Both the position numbers and the translations under genes were made by a program. From positions 1 to 64,000 of the forward strand of contig JAAILG010000201.1 of the NCBI GenBank assembly GCA_012026655.1: DNA of 64,000 bases, in the 5' to 3' direction. Source of the stretch: Hydrolagus affinis (Eukaryota). This document shows, in pieces, positions 13,101 through 25,756 of the stretch (its first letter is position 1; each line of letters opens with the position of its first letter). The notes below the pieces were generated by a model. The model worked only from the letters and a program-made list of their open reading frames with translations, made no database searches and was not told where the DNA came from.

Positions 13101-16100
13101 TATTATTATTAAAACACTTCATAGAATATACTGCAAAGTGAATCGACTATATAAAGTAAGAATTCCTCACTATCTATAGAATACAATACTTAGAATATGG
13201 GAACACAGGAATCAGTTATTTACATAATCAGCTGCAATACAACAACAGCATTACATTTTTAAAGCATGTCAGGAGGGTCACAAGGTGCTGGACACACAAT
13301 ATTGCACACCCGAGCTGGGGGGTAGGGATTGGGGAGGGTGGGGGAAGGAGGTTGATGGAAAGCATGGTCAAAGAGGCGAATAAGGTTCTATCCTCGAATG
13401 GTTCAGATCCTCCCTCTCACACCAGCTTTACTTTGTCTCCACAAATGACATCTCCATTAATCCCTACACCATCTTTTGCGGCTCCGGCCTTGGTTCCCTC
13501 CTCTTCAATATGCTCCCTTTTGGTGACATCATCTGCAGGCATGGGATCAACATCCACAGTCAGAGATTAAGCAGTGGAGGGTGGGGGTTGGGATCAGGGA
13601 GGGTCAGAGAATGGTGACCAAAGGCATGGTCGAAGAGGAGGGTCTTGAGACGTGCTTTGAACGAGGCGAGGGAGCGAGGCGAAGGGAATGTGGGATGGCA
13701 GATGACACCCAACTCTTTCTCGCTGCCTCCACTCTCAACCCCAGGATCACTGATGTCCTGACAGAAGGTCACAGAGGTAGAGGGAAGGGAGGCAATGAAG
13801 GGCTTTGAAGGTGAGCTACAGGATCTTGAACTGTATCTTCTTTGTAATGGGAAGCCAGTGGAGTCGGGCGAAAATGGGGCTGATAGGGTCACTGAGCCTG
13901 GTGAGGAAGAGGACACAGGCTGCAGAGTTCTGGATCATCTGCAGCCTATGGAGGGAGAAGTTGGGAAGGCCAACAAGCTTTCCATAGTCAAGCCTGGATG
14001 TTATAAATGCACATACGAGAGTTTCGGTGGCCTGCGGTGTGAGATAATGGCGAATGTGAGGGCAGGCATAGCAGCTCATGGCACAGATGTGGGGTAGAAA
14101 GGACAGTTGAGGGCTATATAGATGCAAGATGTTCCTGTTTCTTGTTTTAATGAATCATTCTTAAACACTCATTTTCTGTAATTGGATATCTATTTTGGAT
14201 CACAAGGGAAAGGACATATGGAAAAAAAAATTAAAATTTTCTTTAAGTATAATTGACCTCTATAGTGTAATTCAGCTTTAAGCACTCCAACATACTATCC
14301 TGTGTGACGTGAAAGGCAAAAGGCAAAATTACAAGTGTAATTTTGATGTTGTTGTGACGGGCGCTATATAAATGTGAATTTTTAAAAAATATTTTTCAGC
14401 AGTATAATCCTGGAAGTGTGGCAACCGGTGTTTCCAAAGTTCAAAATGACTAATACAAGTCACAAGGCTGAAAAGTCTTCCTGTACAAATTAGGATGTGC
14501 TGGTTACAGAACAGGTCATTTGTGAGCTCAACTTTGTTGCAGTTTTCCAGTTGTTCAACCATGTGCACCCAACGTTTTCAATTCCCATACATGTATACAA
14601 CAAAAAAAAGTCTAGAAGCTCTGTTTGTACTTCCCCTTGTGATACAATACAGTTACCCAGTTACTGAAAACGGAATAGTTATCAGATCTCCTGAAACATG
14701 AAGCAACAACATCTTGCTCTTACATAGTACCTCTAGGTAGAATAACATCTCAAAGCATTTTTCGGTGATGAGGATGGATTCCGAGCAGGGGATAAAAGTG
14801 GAGAAGACTACATTAAGAATTCCTACTTCTTAAAACTAAACCCCTCAAAAGACAACATTTAAAAAACTTTCTTCAGAGGAATCACACTACCCAAGAGGAG
14901 ATTTAAACCACAGCATTATATAAACACTCTGGGATCCCCAAGCCTTGGCTCTTCCCAACCTACATCTAAAATGTTTCAGAATAAGGTAAGCAGGATGCAC
15001 CCTTCAGGAAGTGAGAGAGAAACACATTCCATTCCAACAATCTCACCAGAATCTCCACATCTAGGATTCTCAGTTTGGTTTGGATACTCTTAAGTATGGC
15101 AATGGGTTTCTACATGTATCAGAACACCCAGCTGGACAAGAAACATTTATATAACCTTTCATGTTGGGAAGATTCTTCAAAGTGCTTCACATAGCTCCAG
15201 TATGAACTTTTTTTTTGGAGTAAGATGAATTACAAATTGCTGAGCGAACAATTTTAAAACACAACAAAAATTTTTTTTTTCTAAATCTCATTTTACCTGC
15301 ATGCGGGACATCCACCTACCACAACAACTGAGGCGGGAGTGGGCTGCTGAGTGATGATGTAGGTACTGGCATAGGCTGGTCCTGGGCAAGTGGGCTGCTG
15401 AAGCCCTGGTGGTGGAGGAGGATTATAACCTAGAGACCAGACAGAAGGAGAATCATTATAGAGGATGCAAACTTTTTTAAAAAAAAATAGGGATTAAAGA
15501 GGAGTAAAACCTTTCACAGTCAATCCTCCTGACGTGAAAGGTGTAATTATACAAGTGTAATTTTGTTGTTGTTGTTTATACAGCAGTTTGATATCCAGTC
15601 TGAGTCACGTTACTTTATCTGCTAGGACGATACAATTAGCTTCAGCCGCCCCAGATTAAGGAGGGATTCTGCTGCTCATGCAGTGACTAAAGTGCTCATT
15701 TACTGGGAAGGGAGCAGAGGTCAAAATAGGCAGTGGCTTGCTTCCTGAACCAGACAAGGCCTCTAAAACACTCCTAATTACTCCCAGTCAGTCTGGCTCA
15801 TCAGTAGAATTGGGAACGGCAACTGGTAGCAGGGATTCTTCCCACTCGGTTCTTGTGAACCCTCCAAAGCTAGGGTGGTCCTGGTTGGAGAAGCAACGTG
15901 AACTTGCCAAATACTATCTGCCTGATATGTTCTGTAGTTTTGGGTGGTTAAACTCCAGTGGTTTACCCCAATGCTCATCCCCAAGCCTCAGCGTTTGCCG
16001 CTCTGCACCTAATGGGTTCCAGAATTAGGTAATCAGGGCGTGTTTCTACGGGGAAAGTGTGTGCATTCCAAACACAAGGAAATTTCCAAGCATAGGTGGA

Positions 16101-17611
16101 CCTATGGTCTGGATGTGCCAACCACAATTGTCAGAAGCACAGCTAACCCTCAAAAGTGCCTGTAATAATAATAATAATCTTTGCATTTGACATAACGCTT
16201 TTCACATCTTCTAGGCGTCTCAAAACGCTTTGCAGAATATACTGTAAAGTGAATTGACTATATATTTGTGGTCGAAATGCAACAGCCAATTGCGCACAGC
16301 AGTGTCCCACAAACAGTCGTGGATTGAAATGACCAACTTATTATTAATTTTTTTTGCTGTAGGTAAGAACGGTAAAGGTAAGGTACAATATTACTTCACC
16401 CTCTCCACATTCGGGTACAGAAGCAGGCACAAACACACCAGCTTCATAATTACACCCCATTCTTTCATAAATAGCCATTTAAACAAAGCACGGGCAGGTG
16501 ATTGGCACCTCTGCTCAGTAGAAAAATCAAAACATCGCCACAAGAGGGGGAGGGAGGGGGGGGGGGGGGAAATAAGCATTTAGAAAACAATCTTGCTCCC
16601 AAAGGAGTACTTTACATCAAGCAAACTATAGAGCCTCCATTTCTTTTACGTTACTTGCGTACAAGGAAACAGCAACACACTAAACATCACTTACAGAGAT
16701 AATAAATTCATAAACGGATCTAGTTATCTGAGCAATCCGGCATCAGATCGCAAACACAATAAAGGAGAAAAGCAACCTCCAAATTAAGATACTGTACACG
16801 TATCCTTCTTATTATGGGAAATCTAAGATTAAAAACCCATTACCAAGTTCGCAAGCACCAATAGCTGATCAATGTTAATAATCGTTGCATTGGATTGTAG
16901 TGTCTTATCAAGTGGTTCAGGCATCTCAAAAGGCTTCACAGGAGTGGGCAAAACAGAGCAGCAATGTCCCACAAACACTCGTGTGCCTTGAGTGACCGAA
17001 TTGTTATTTTTATGTGGAAGTGAATGTTAAAACAGGCCAACTAACTAAAGGTACAGGACCTTTGCTTCAACACTCCATGTGGGGGCGAGTTAAAAAGGTC
17101 GCTACAGAGCACCAGACACTTCTGAACCTTTGGGATTGTAGTTGTGGACAAGAATTGAAACACAAACACACACACACACACAAAAAACGCCCTTCAATGT
17201 AGGTAAATGATCTCGGCGACCAAACAAAAAGCAACAGAGTGAAGCCACTCCGAGTTTGTTTAAAATCGTTTTTTTTTAAAAAAGGAATGAAGCAGTTACA
17301 GGGGCTGTAACCCCCTCCCCCCCCCACTCTCTCTCTCTCACACAGACACACACACACAGGATGTTTCTCACGCGGCCTCAGCAAAGAGGGGTTCAGTGGC
17401 CCGAGTTAACGGGAGACTCGCCCCGTGATTTACACCGAGACACCGACTGAGGAAGAGAGAGCGGGACCGCACCTGGTTGTACGTAGTAAGGAGGCGGCTG
17501 GTAACCGGGCGGCGGCGGCGGCATCGTCCCGTAACCCTGGCCGCCCACATAGCCGGCCGGCACCGCGGCGTAGGCGGGAGGCCTGTCCGCTAGCAGAGGC
17601 TTTGTATCCAT
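10031..17611 (-). CDS. BRI3: BRI3 (brain protein I3), 134 aa: complement(join(10031..10163,15297..15429,17473..17611))
   Basis: [14 protein letters not shown]...[55 protein letters not shown]. 139+133+133=405 nt, GT-AG introns, CxxC-hydrophobic-CxxC domain. Confidence 0.96.
10334..10792 (+). mobile_element. L2-type LINE 3' fragment
   Basis: [12 protein letters not shown]...; (GTT)n tail. Confidence 0.75.
12735..12837 (+). mobile_element. Penelope-like element terminal-repeat remnant with decayed hammerhead core
   Basis: CTGACGCA-GGGT-TGTAG-ACCC-GAAAC followed by CTGCCTGACCTGCTGAGTTTCCCCAGCA. Related copies near 22515-22650 (-), 46118-46190 (+) and 50775-50870 (-). Confidence 0.55.
13240..14130 (-). 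mobile_element. Rearranged L2-type LINE fragments
   Basis: The minus-strand ORF 13816-14127 ([13 protein letters not shown]...LQMIQNSAA...LHWLPI..KIQFKIL) is the L2 ORF2 C-terminus. Confidence 0.75.
15297..15429 (-). CDS. BRI3: BRI3 coding exon 2
   Basis: [11 protein letters not shown]...[11 protein letters not shown]; TAG acceptor, CAG|GTAAAA donor. Confidence 0.93.
16164..16350 (-). mobile_element. tRNA-derived SINE, 3' half
   Basis: Reverse complement of the family at 44825-45140; (TAA)n tail on the + strand. Confidence 0.75.
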
Positions 17612-17945
17612 CACGGCTCGGAGAGTGTCTTCTTCCCAAAGGCGGAGGGTGAGGAGGCGACAGTCACCCCGGGATCAGTAATCCGGTTATTAAAGGGGAA
17701 TTCCCTAACCGAGAAGGGGGGGGGAGGGGGAGGGGAATGTTCCACGAGCCTCGCAGGTGGTTAAAGTGTCTCTCGTCCGACCAACGACCGTCGCCTGAGA
17801 GGCCAGATACATGTAATAATCACATAAACATATAAAACATGAAGTTTGTGGGACGTGGAGCCGCCTCGCGCCCCGGGATCCCCTCAGACACCGAGCGGCA
17901 ACCGCCAGTCAGTCAGTCACAAGACAACAGCACGTGACCGCTCCC
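17360..17945 (-). promoter_or_regulatory. BRI3 CpG island / promoter with CLEAR-type E-box (GTCACGTG at 17931-17938)
   Basis: CpG-dense region covering exon 1 and upstream; CACGTGAC on the + strand. Confidence 0.65.
17473..17611 (-). CDS. BRI3: BRI3 coding exon 1
   Basis: ATG at 17611; [14 protein letters not shown]...YYVQP; donor CAG|GTGCGG. Confidence 0.93.
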
Positions 17946-18825
17946 TCCCAACAGACTCACACTGTCTTAAAGGGACAGGCCCCCAAATCCATACTGTCTA
18001 TCTGTCTACCTCTATTTATCTATCTATCTCTTATTTCTCCCCATTTGTGTGTTTTTTTTAAAAAAATCTCGTATTTCTCCCCGCTTGTAAACGCTACTTT
18101 AAAAGGAATACGACAACCACAACAATTTGCCCTTTACAGTATAAATAGCTCCCCTCACCCAGGATAGGGTCCCAGAGTACCACATGGACCCCCCCACTAC
18201 ATCAATTGTTTCTCCCCTCCTGACCACCCACCACCACCCAAGCCTTTCCAGTGCAATAATCCCTTGAAACCCAACATCAATAATAATTGGGAATTTGGTC
18301 ACTAAATCTACACCCGGAATTGGCTGCCGTGTTTTCGCCCACAAAATACACTTTGCAGCATATTCTGTGAAGAGCTTTGGAACATCTCAATGATGTGTTA
18401 AGGACCGATATCAAATGCAAGTACCGTACCATTATAAACCTAAAGTCTATCTTAAAGGGATACAGATCCCATCACATTCATTGACTCCCCCCAACACTCA
18501 CAAAGTTTGTCTTAAAGGGACATTCCTCATCGTCAACTGAAATAACACTTCCAGACCATAGAGTCTGCTCTAAAAGATAATAAAACCCAACCACCACCAT
18601 CTACTTTTATTCTCCACCAAGCCTGCCTTAAAAAGATATTACTTTTGACAACATTAATTATTTACAGAGGTCTAGAGAGGCTGCCTTAAAGGGTCACAAT
18701 CTCCAGCCAGCAAAGATTCATTAATGACTCGCTTGATATTTTGACACATCTGATCTCATCCTTCAGGAAGGTAGTGAACCAAATGGCAACCGGGGGAACA
18801 ATCTTTGACAGCTACGAGTCAACGA

Positions 18826-19125
18826 ATCCTGTAGTTCAGTGGTTAGAGCATTCACCTTACAAATGAGACCTGGGTTTGATTCCAGGCAGGGCGAAACCTT
18901 AGGCAAGTTGCTTACTCCGAACACCTAATAATAATCCCTCAAAAATAAAAACGGTCATTTCAATCCACAACTGTTTGTGGGGCACTGCTGTTCGCAATTG
19001 GCTGTGCCACATTTCACCCATATATATACAGTCAATTCACTTTACAGTATATTCTGTGAAACGCTTTGAGACATCTAGAAGACATGATAAGTGCTATATC
19101 TAATGCAAGGTTTATTATTATTATT
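18826..19125 (+). mobile_element. tRNA-derived SINE, full length
   Basis: A box TAGTTCAGTGG, B-box-like GGTTTGATTCC, (TAT)n tail. Confidence 0.8.
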
Positions 19126-20086
19126 CAGCTATGCGGATTTTGACTGAAAGCTGTTATTTTAAAAAGAAAACATGTTGACTCTGTCTTTAGTCACCTTCCA
19201 ATATCCTCCTTTCCTAATGGCTCCCATTATACACTGCCCAACAGTTTGAGGCATTCTCTTACATGGAAGGCGTTATTATCAATGCAAGTTGTATTCAAAC
19301 TCTTTCTTAAAATGTTAAGTTCTTGCTAGGAATTATAAATTAATAGAATTAAGGAGGAAATTAATTTAGAAATGCAAATAATATTTGATTTTTAATAACA
19401 AGAAACAAATCTTAACAAAATAAGTACAATTTATCACTTAAAAATAAGTGTTAGCTTACTAAGTATTATTGATAGGTCAGGTTGTGATTTATAAACCCCA
19501 AAATAAATAGAACCTGAATTCAACTTCTTAATACCAACACATTACTACCAACAGAACAGTAAGAAGACATGGTTGAGGCAGAAACCTACTAAATTACAGA
19601 ATCATATGATGTGCCAGCATTACACCACCAATGAACAAAGATCATGAGACAGGAAAGCTTATTTGTTTATACAGTTAATGTATTTCTAGCCATAATCAGA
19701 ACAACTTGGCATGTGTCAGCTTGGCTCAGTGGTTGCACTCTCTTGAGTCCAAAGGTTGTGGGTTTAAGCCCTATGTCACAACTTGGAATCACATAAATCC
19801 AATGTTAAGAATCCCAAAGTACTATGCTAAAACAGAAAGTAGTTGCGAGGTGGTTCGAGGCAAGTGCTCGAACCACTGAACTACAGGGCTTCACAATATC
19901 CACTCTTCCTGTGTGAGTTTAAATAGCTAACAGGTGCATATCGGTAAGAATGTGGGGTAACTATCACAGACGAGCCTGACTGGGACCTCTCTTGCTAACA
20001 GGATTACCATCTCCCTGATCACTTAAATTTCAGGAGCAGTAGATTAGTGTCGTGTTCCTTGTTTAGGAGCTTTGAGATCAATTGCA

Positions 20087-20100
20087 GCGCCACCTACTGG
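20087..20100 (-). promoter_or_regulatory. CTCF-like motif between the divergent BRI3 and TECPR1 promoters
   Basis: Minus-strand CCAGTAGGTGGCGC fits consensus CCASYAGRKGGCRS at all positions. Confidence 0.6.
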
Positions 20101-22103
20101 AATACTGAGATGAACTAACACTATATCAAATGCAAGGATTATTATTATACTAGCTATACCCCAGCGTAACATACGCAGCCTAGTGCTTTTGAACGCGTTT
20201 ATTCATATATTTTGAAACTTTTTAAAAATAATGTATTTGTTATTTACAAAAAAATGTGAGCTTTAATCACTGGGTTGTTTTTTGTTGTTTTTTGTTTTTT
20301 TAAGCTATATTGGTTTTTGTTTTCCTTTTAGAAGTTCATTGTTACAATTGTGGAAACATACCTAAGGCTTTTATACATATATTTTATAGAAGATATCTCA
20401 TCAGGCAAACAGTATCTCGGTTTAACATCAACAATAAGAACTTGCATTTATAAAACTACACTTTAGGATAGTGTCTTGGAAAGCTTAATGATGGCATAAT
20501 TTGGCGTCGAGCTGGGGAGAAAGCCGAGATGACCGTAGGCACAATCTAACAGGAAAGTCTTCAGGTGTGATCTGAAAATGGACAAAGAGAGGCAAGGTGA
20601 AGGAATTGAAAAAGGTAACTCCAGTGGGAACTTATCATCTCAAGGAACTTCTCACCTCAGAGAATGAAGTGTTCTCCTACACCACGATGGAGTATCGCTC
20701 TGGGTTGTAAATTGATAAAGTTCCAACAAGGAACTTGAACTCATAAATTTCTGAACCAGAAGTGAGAGTGAATCAATCCAACATTGTTTGTTAGTCAGTC
20801 GGCCCTAATGATAAGTATCGGGTAAGGACAGTATTAATTTTGGCTGTGATGCATCTTCCTCCACCACATGATCATGCACCTATTAATTTGCTCCCCAGAC
20901 CCACAGAGGGCACTTGCAAGCTGCCAAGTGCGTAGCCAACAACAACAAAATTGCACTTATATAGCGCCTTTCACCTCGGGAGGACGTCCCAAAGCACTGA
21001 ACAGTCAGGTCGGGACCCACATCTGTGGAACTACCCCCGCTTGAGTGATGATCACCTTATAAAGAGGATGGAAGATATTCTGAGTGGCTGAGTGGAGTAG
21101 ATACTTGTATTGATACTTGTATTGTCCAAGTATTTTATGTACAAAATAACCTTTATGCGATTTTGAAGAAATATAAATAAACTTCTATTGTCAAGGTGAT
21201 CTCAACAGCTGCGCTGACAGTATTTACTTTGAACGAATTAAGGAACGTGCCAAGAATTTGTATCAAAGAGATGATATTGTACTTAGGGTTTCTAAATGTC
21301 TAAAATCACATCAAATATCATAGGCTTGGATCTATTAAATCATGGAAAATCAGAGCTGTAGTGCAGGATTATCTCTCAAAGCTCACATTGTGTTACCTAT
21401 AATGAATGTTGTAATATTCTGCCAGCACGAGAATAAACTCTGGGATTTTATCATCTACTTTGGCTCATGGCCAAGAGAAATCCAGGAAGATTTATTTCTT
21501 TATTTTTCCATAAAGAAAAGCCTGAAGAAGGTTTGATTTATTAATTTTGTTTTCTGTTCTAAACTGGTGTAAATAAGAAAATTGAATGAACTGCCTTTTG
21601 GCTGCAATAACTGCATACGTGACTGAGGCACTCATGCCCTTCAGTCACAACATGCATTTATATTCTATACCTTTTTAATCATTAAATCAATTTTATTTCT
21701 TGAAAAAAAACATGTTCGAGATTAAGTTAAAATTCTCACTGTTGGATAATAAAACACATACTATACCACAATGTTATGGTTATCCTATTCTTGCAGTCCT
21801 TTATAATGTACTGTATATAACTATGTATTATTAAAGTGAAATGGGGAGATGTGGCCCTTTAAATGGGTTCCGTAAGATCCCAAGCTGAAGAAGCTGCTTG
21901 CAGCACAGAGACAGACAGCCTACACAAGTTGCCACAAAGTAATAGATCTGAAGTAAAACAACAACAACAGCAAAATTACACTTGTATATCACCATTCACG
22001 TCAGGAGGACATTCCAAGGAGCTAGATAGTCATTGTTTCATAAGGTGTAGTGTCGACAACTGAACTCAGTAGTACTCTAACTGAAGTCTAACCAGTGTTT
22101 TAT

Positions 22104-22512
22104 TCTATGTTCCTATGTACAGTACTGTATAAAGCCTACTAGTATAAAGTCCAGTATCCCGTTTTTAACACCTTTATCTACCTGTCCTGTCACTTTCAAA
22201 GATTTATTTATATGAATCCCCAGGTCTCTCTGCTCCTTCACCCTCTTTAAGATTCTACCATCTAGCATATACTGCATCTCCTCTTTCTTCCTCCTAAAAT
22301 GCATCACTTCACCTTTCTCCACATTAAACTTCATCTGCCACGTGTCTGCCCATTTTTACCAGTCCTTCCTATCCTCCTCACTGTTTACTTAGCATCATCT
22401 GCAAACTTGGAAATTGTACTCCATATACCCAAGTGAAGGTCATTTATACAGATTTTAAAAACAGCAGTGGTCCCAATACCCCTGCGGACACCACTGCACA
22501 CTTCCCTCCAGT
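22104..22512 (-). mobile_element. CR1-type LINE reverse transcriptase fragment
   Basis: Minus-strand ISKFADDAK and MKFNVEKGEVMHF...EQRDLGI, internally deleted; a Penelope-like remnant follows. Confidence 0.8.
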
Positions 22513-23299
22513 CAGAAAAACAACAAGATGCTGGAAATCTGAAATAAAAACTGAAGTACCTTGGAATACACAGGTCAGGCGGCATCTATGGAGAGAAGAA
22601 AATTACTTAATATTTCAAGTCAAATATTTCAACCCTTTGTCAAAACTGGGAGATGTTGGAAGGGAGCAGATTATAAGGACAAGGAAAAAATGGGGGCAGG
22701 GAAAGAAAAGGGAAAAACATAGATGGAGGACAGAAGATGTTGATATCGGAGGTGTTGATGGTGCGGAGGCAAAATAAGGCAACAGTGGGAGATTAGAGAA
22801 AGAAGAGTTTAATCTGGGAGTAGAGCATGGGACCACAACAATTTAAAGGCACCGTCTCGATCAATCAATCAATGAAAACTTACATTTATATAGCACCTTT
22901 CACGTGGAGAGGAAGTCCCAAGGTGCCGTACAGTTAGGTAGAAACAAGGACGGGGAAGGGTTGGGGCAGAACGAAGAAGAGTAGGAAAATTGACTGTATA
23001 TTTGTGGGCGAAACGCCTCAATCCAATCTAGAGAAAGGCAATAACTGCCTGGGTCTCTCACACCTCAACCACAACAACAAAAACATGCATTTACTGTACA
23101 TCGCACCCTCCACGCCAGGTGGCGTCTCAGAGAGCTTCACTGTGGGGGAGCTTGGGGCCGTGCCTCATGGGTCATCTGCTCAACAATGAATTTGAGTCTT
23201 GGGCGTCCCCAATTGTGTACATACACACACCCACATACACACACACGCCCACATACACACCCCCACATACATACCATTCCATCATGACCTGCCTGTTTT

Positions 23300-23720
23300 C
23301 TGCCCTGGAGGGCGCGCGGCAGGTGGACGGATGACGCCGTGCGGCAGGTGGACGGATGACGTTGCACCTTGTACGGATTACGTCGCGCGTCCGCCCGCTG
23401 ATTGACAGCACAGCGCGACCAATCGGATCGTTCGACCCGTCCGTCGGCCAAGGCAAGTCGATCAATCACAGCGCCGGGTGAGCGGAGGGAGGCGGGGTTT
23501 CAGCCGCTCCAGTCGAGATGTCAAAAGAGAAGGTTCCGGAAGCTGGTCCGGTTTGAATAGCGTGTGCGGTGCCGCTGCTCCGGTGATGTGAGTGAGCGTC
23601 ATATGTCGTTAAAGTTAACGTCTTGGCTGCGATTACAAATCCCGGGCTCCTCATACACAGTAATCCAGGGAGGTTTGGGCTCAGGATTTAATTGAGGTTC
23701 TCACCAGGCCGGCTGTCGGT
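23300..23720 (+). promoter_or_regulatory. TECPR1: TECPR1 CpG-island promoter and probable non-coding first exon (donor GTGAGT at 23588)
   Basis: CpG-rich; duplicated CAGGTG+ATGACG unit, CCAAT near 23419, GC box near 23490, ETS-like CCGGAAG at 23536-23542; 2.4 kb upstream of the ATG exon. Confidence 0.6.
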
Positions 23721-23929
23721 TTGCTCCCCAACACTGTACCTGCCTTGGCCTTGCTGTCACTCACCCTCCTGTACTTGCTCCAGTCTCCCTGCCGTCAGTA
23801 TTCTCCACAAACAATATCCTCCACAACCTCCTTAAAAGGCATTGATTTAGATGTAATCAAATTTCAATCCCTCTGCCTTGCCCCCCCCCCCCCCCATCCT
23901 ACCCCTCTTTTAGAGCACGACTAAAGACA

Positions 23930-24240
23930 ATAACAACAGCAACAAAATGACACTTGAATGGCGCTTTTCACGTCAGGCGATGGCTCACCCCAAGAGAAGG
24001 GTCTTGATGCGGGACTTGTAGGCCAGGGAGACGGCGAGGCGGAGGGACTGCGGGATGGAGGCAGAAAGCTCGCCCGCGAATGGTGGTGTGGGTGGGCTGG
24101 GGGACGTGGAGCAGACAGGAGCCTGCTGAGCAGAGGGGCCGGGTAGGTTGGTAAGGGGTTAGGAGGTCACAGAGGTAGGGTGGAGCGAGGTTGTGGATGG
24201 CTTTGAAGGCGAGGACAGGATCTTGAATTGAACCTCCTTC
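23930..24240 (-). mobile_element. L2-type LINE 3' fragment
   Basis: (CAA)n tail at left; RFNSRS/IQFKIL-like region at right. Confidence 0.65.
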
Positions 24241-25335
24241 TTCGACTGTGCTTTTTGGTCATCTCCTCCCTGGCTCGGCGTCTGGCTCCGCCACTGTTAA
24301 GCGCTCTGAGACTCCCTGCGTAAAGGCCGCTATATGAATGCAAGTTGTTGTTGCTTTCCTGCTTGGTGTCCAACATTGTAATCGCCAAGCTCTTTGACAG
24401 GCTCGTTTGCCCGATTGATGTTATATAAGTGTACATTTTCGGTGGTGCACATTTCCTTAATGTGTGATTTTCCGGATTATCTGAAAACACTCAACAAAAC
24501 AGCTTTTGGAATATCTGATCGCCATTTGAGCTCAAACAAGTGGGCTTTCATTGATATTGTGATAAGAATATTGAGAAGAAGGCTTGGAGTATGACAAGAT
24601 TAATAGTTATTATCTGAAGCATGAAATAAATACCAGATAACATTTTACTGGAAATATATCACTGGTTTAATTCAGGGCCATACTCCAGTGTATGAGCAAC
24701 AACAATATTTGTTGTATAATCAGTTTATTTCCATAATTCACTGATAATCTGATGAGTGTCTTGTTTATGCCTTATGGCCTGGTTTTCTTAACTTTGAAAT
24801 AATGTTAGTTGCTACTTATCTCAAGATTTTTATGATGTTCCTGATGGTCAGCAATGTGATATAATTGGTGTTTCAGTCTACTAGAGACCAGTGTTATTGG
24901 CAACAGTATACGGTTACAGGTCCCAGGGACTTGTGTAAAATGAAACTGGAATGGAGACCAACTGGCAGACAAAATCAGCTGCCAAGAAAGTTGCCGTATA
25001 GTGTGAACTTAGGAAAGGAACAAGTCAGGAAAAGCACAGAGTACCCAGGAAGAAAGTGAGTAACAGCTGTGATAGGTGAGGGGTGGTGGGGGGGGCTTTG
25101 TTTCTCATTGGAACATTTGCAATGTTAACATTAACACCACGAAATCCAACAACCCCTACCAGAATTTTGCAACAACAACCAAATTACATTTGTATAGCAC
25201 CTTTCATGTCGGGAGGACGTCCTAAGGTGCTGAAAGAGGATAATTGGATATTAAGTCTGATAATCAAAGATTGCTTAGAATACATTTCTGGTTTGTTAAT
25301 TATCGTTTGGAATTGGTTTCATGATAAACAAATCT

Positions 25336-25675
25336 AATAATCCTGGCATTTGATATAGCACTTTTCAGGTCTTCTAGATGTGTCGAAGCGTTTCACAGAA
25401 TATACTGTAAAGTGAATTGACTGTATATTTGTGGTCGAAACGCCGCAGCCAATCGTGCACAGCTGTGTCCCACAAACACTCATGGACTGACTGACCAAAT
25501 TGTTACTTTTTTAAGGAATTCTTACCACCAGATCTGCCAATTGACTAACAACCGGGTTCTTACTTACTGCTAGGTAAACAGATACGTGTGGAGTAAGGAA
25601 ACTTGCCCAAAAATTTCGCCCTGCCTGGGAATCGAATCCAAGTCCTCTCAATTGTGAGGTAAGTGCGCTAACTTT
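25336..25675 (-). mobile_element. tRNA-derived SINE, long variant
   Basis: Family match plus an extra internal segment at about 25512-25585. Confidence 0.75.
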
Positions 25676-25756
25676 ACTTAAATTTAACACTGAAATATAA
25701 AGCTGGGTTACTGGAATGAAATGAGATATGAGGGTTTGGATTAAAAAAAACAATTA

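Noticed and set aside
18442-18700. CRISPR-like repeat-spacer appearance
   Set aside because: Eukaryotic locus, degenerate repeats, no cas genes. Kept only as a periodic motif array.
19850-19876. 10-bp hairpin GTGGTTCGAG/CTCGAACCAC
   Set aside because: One arm belongs to a SINE head remnant; too short to support an ncRNA.
23518-23556. 12-codon uORF (MSKEKVPEAGPV) near the TECPR1 promoter
   Set aside because: The TSS is unknown and may lie downstream of this ATG.
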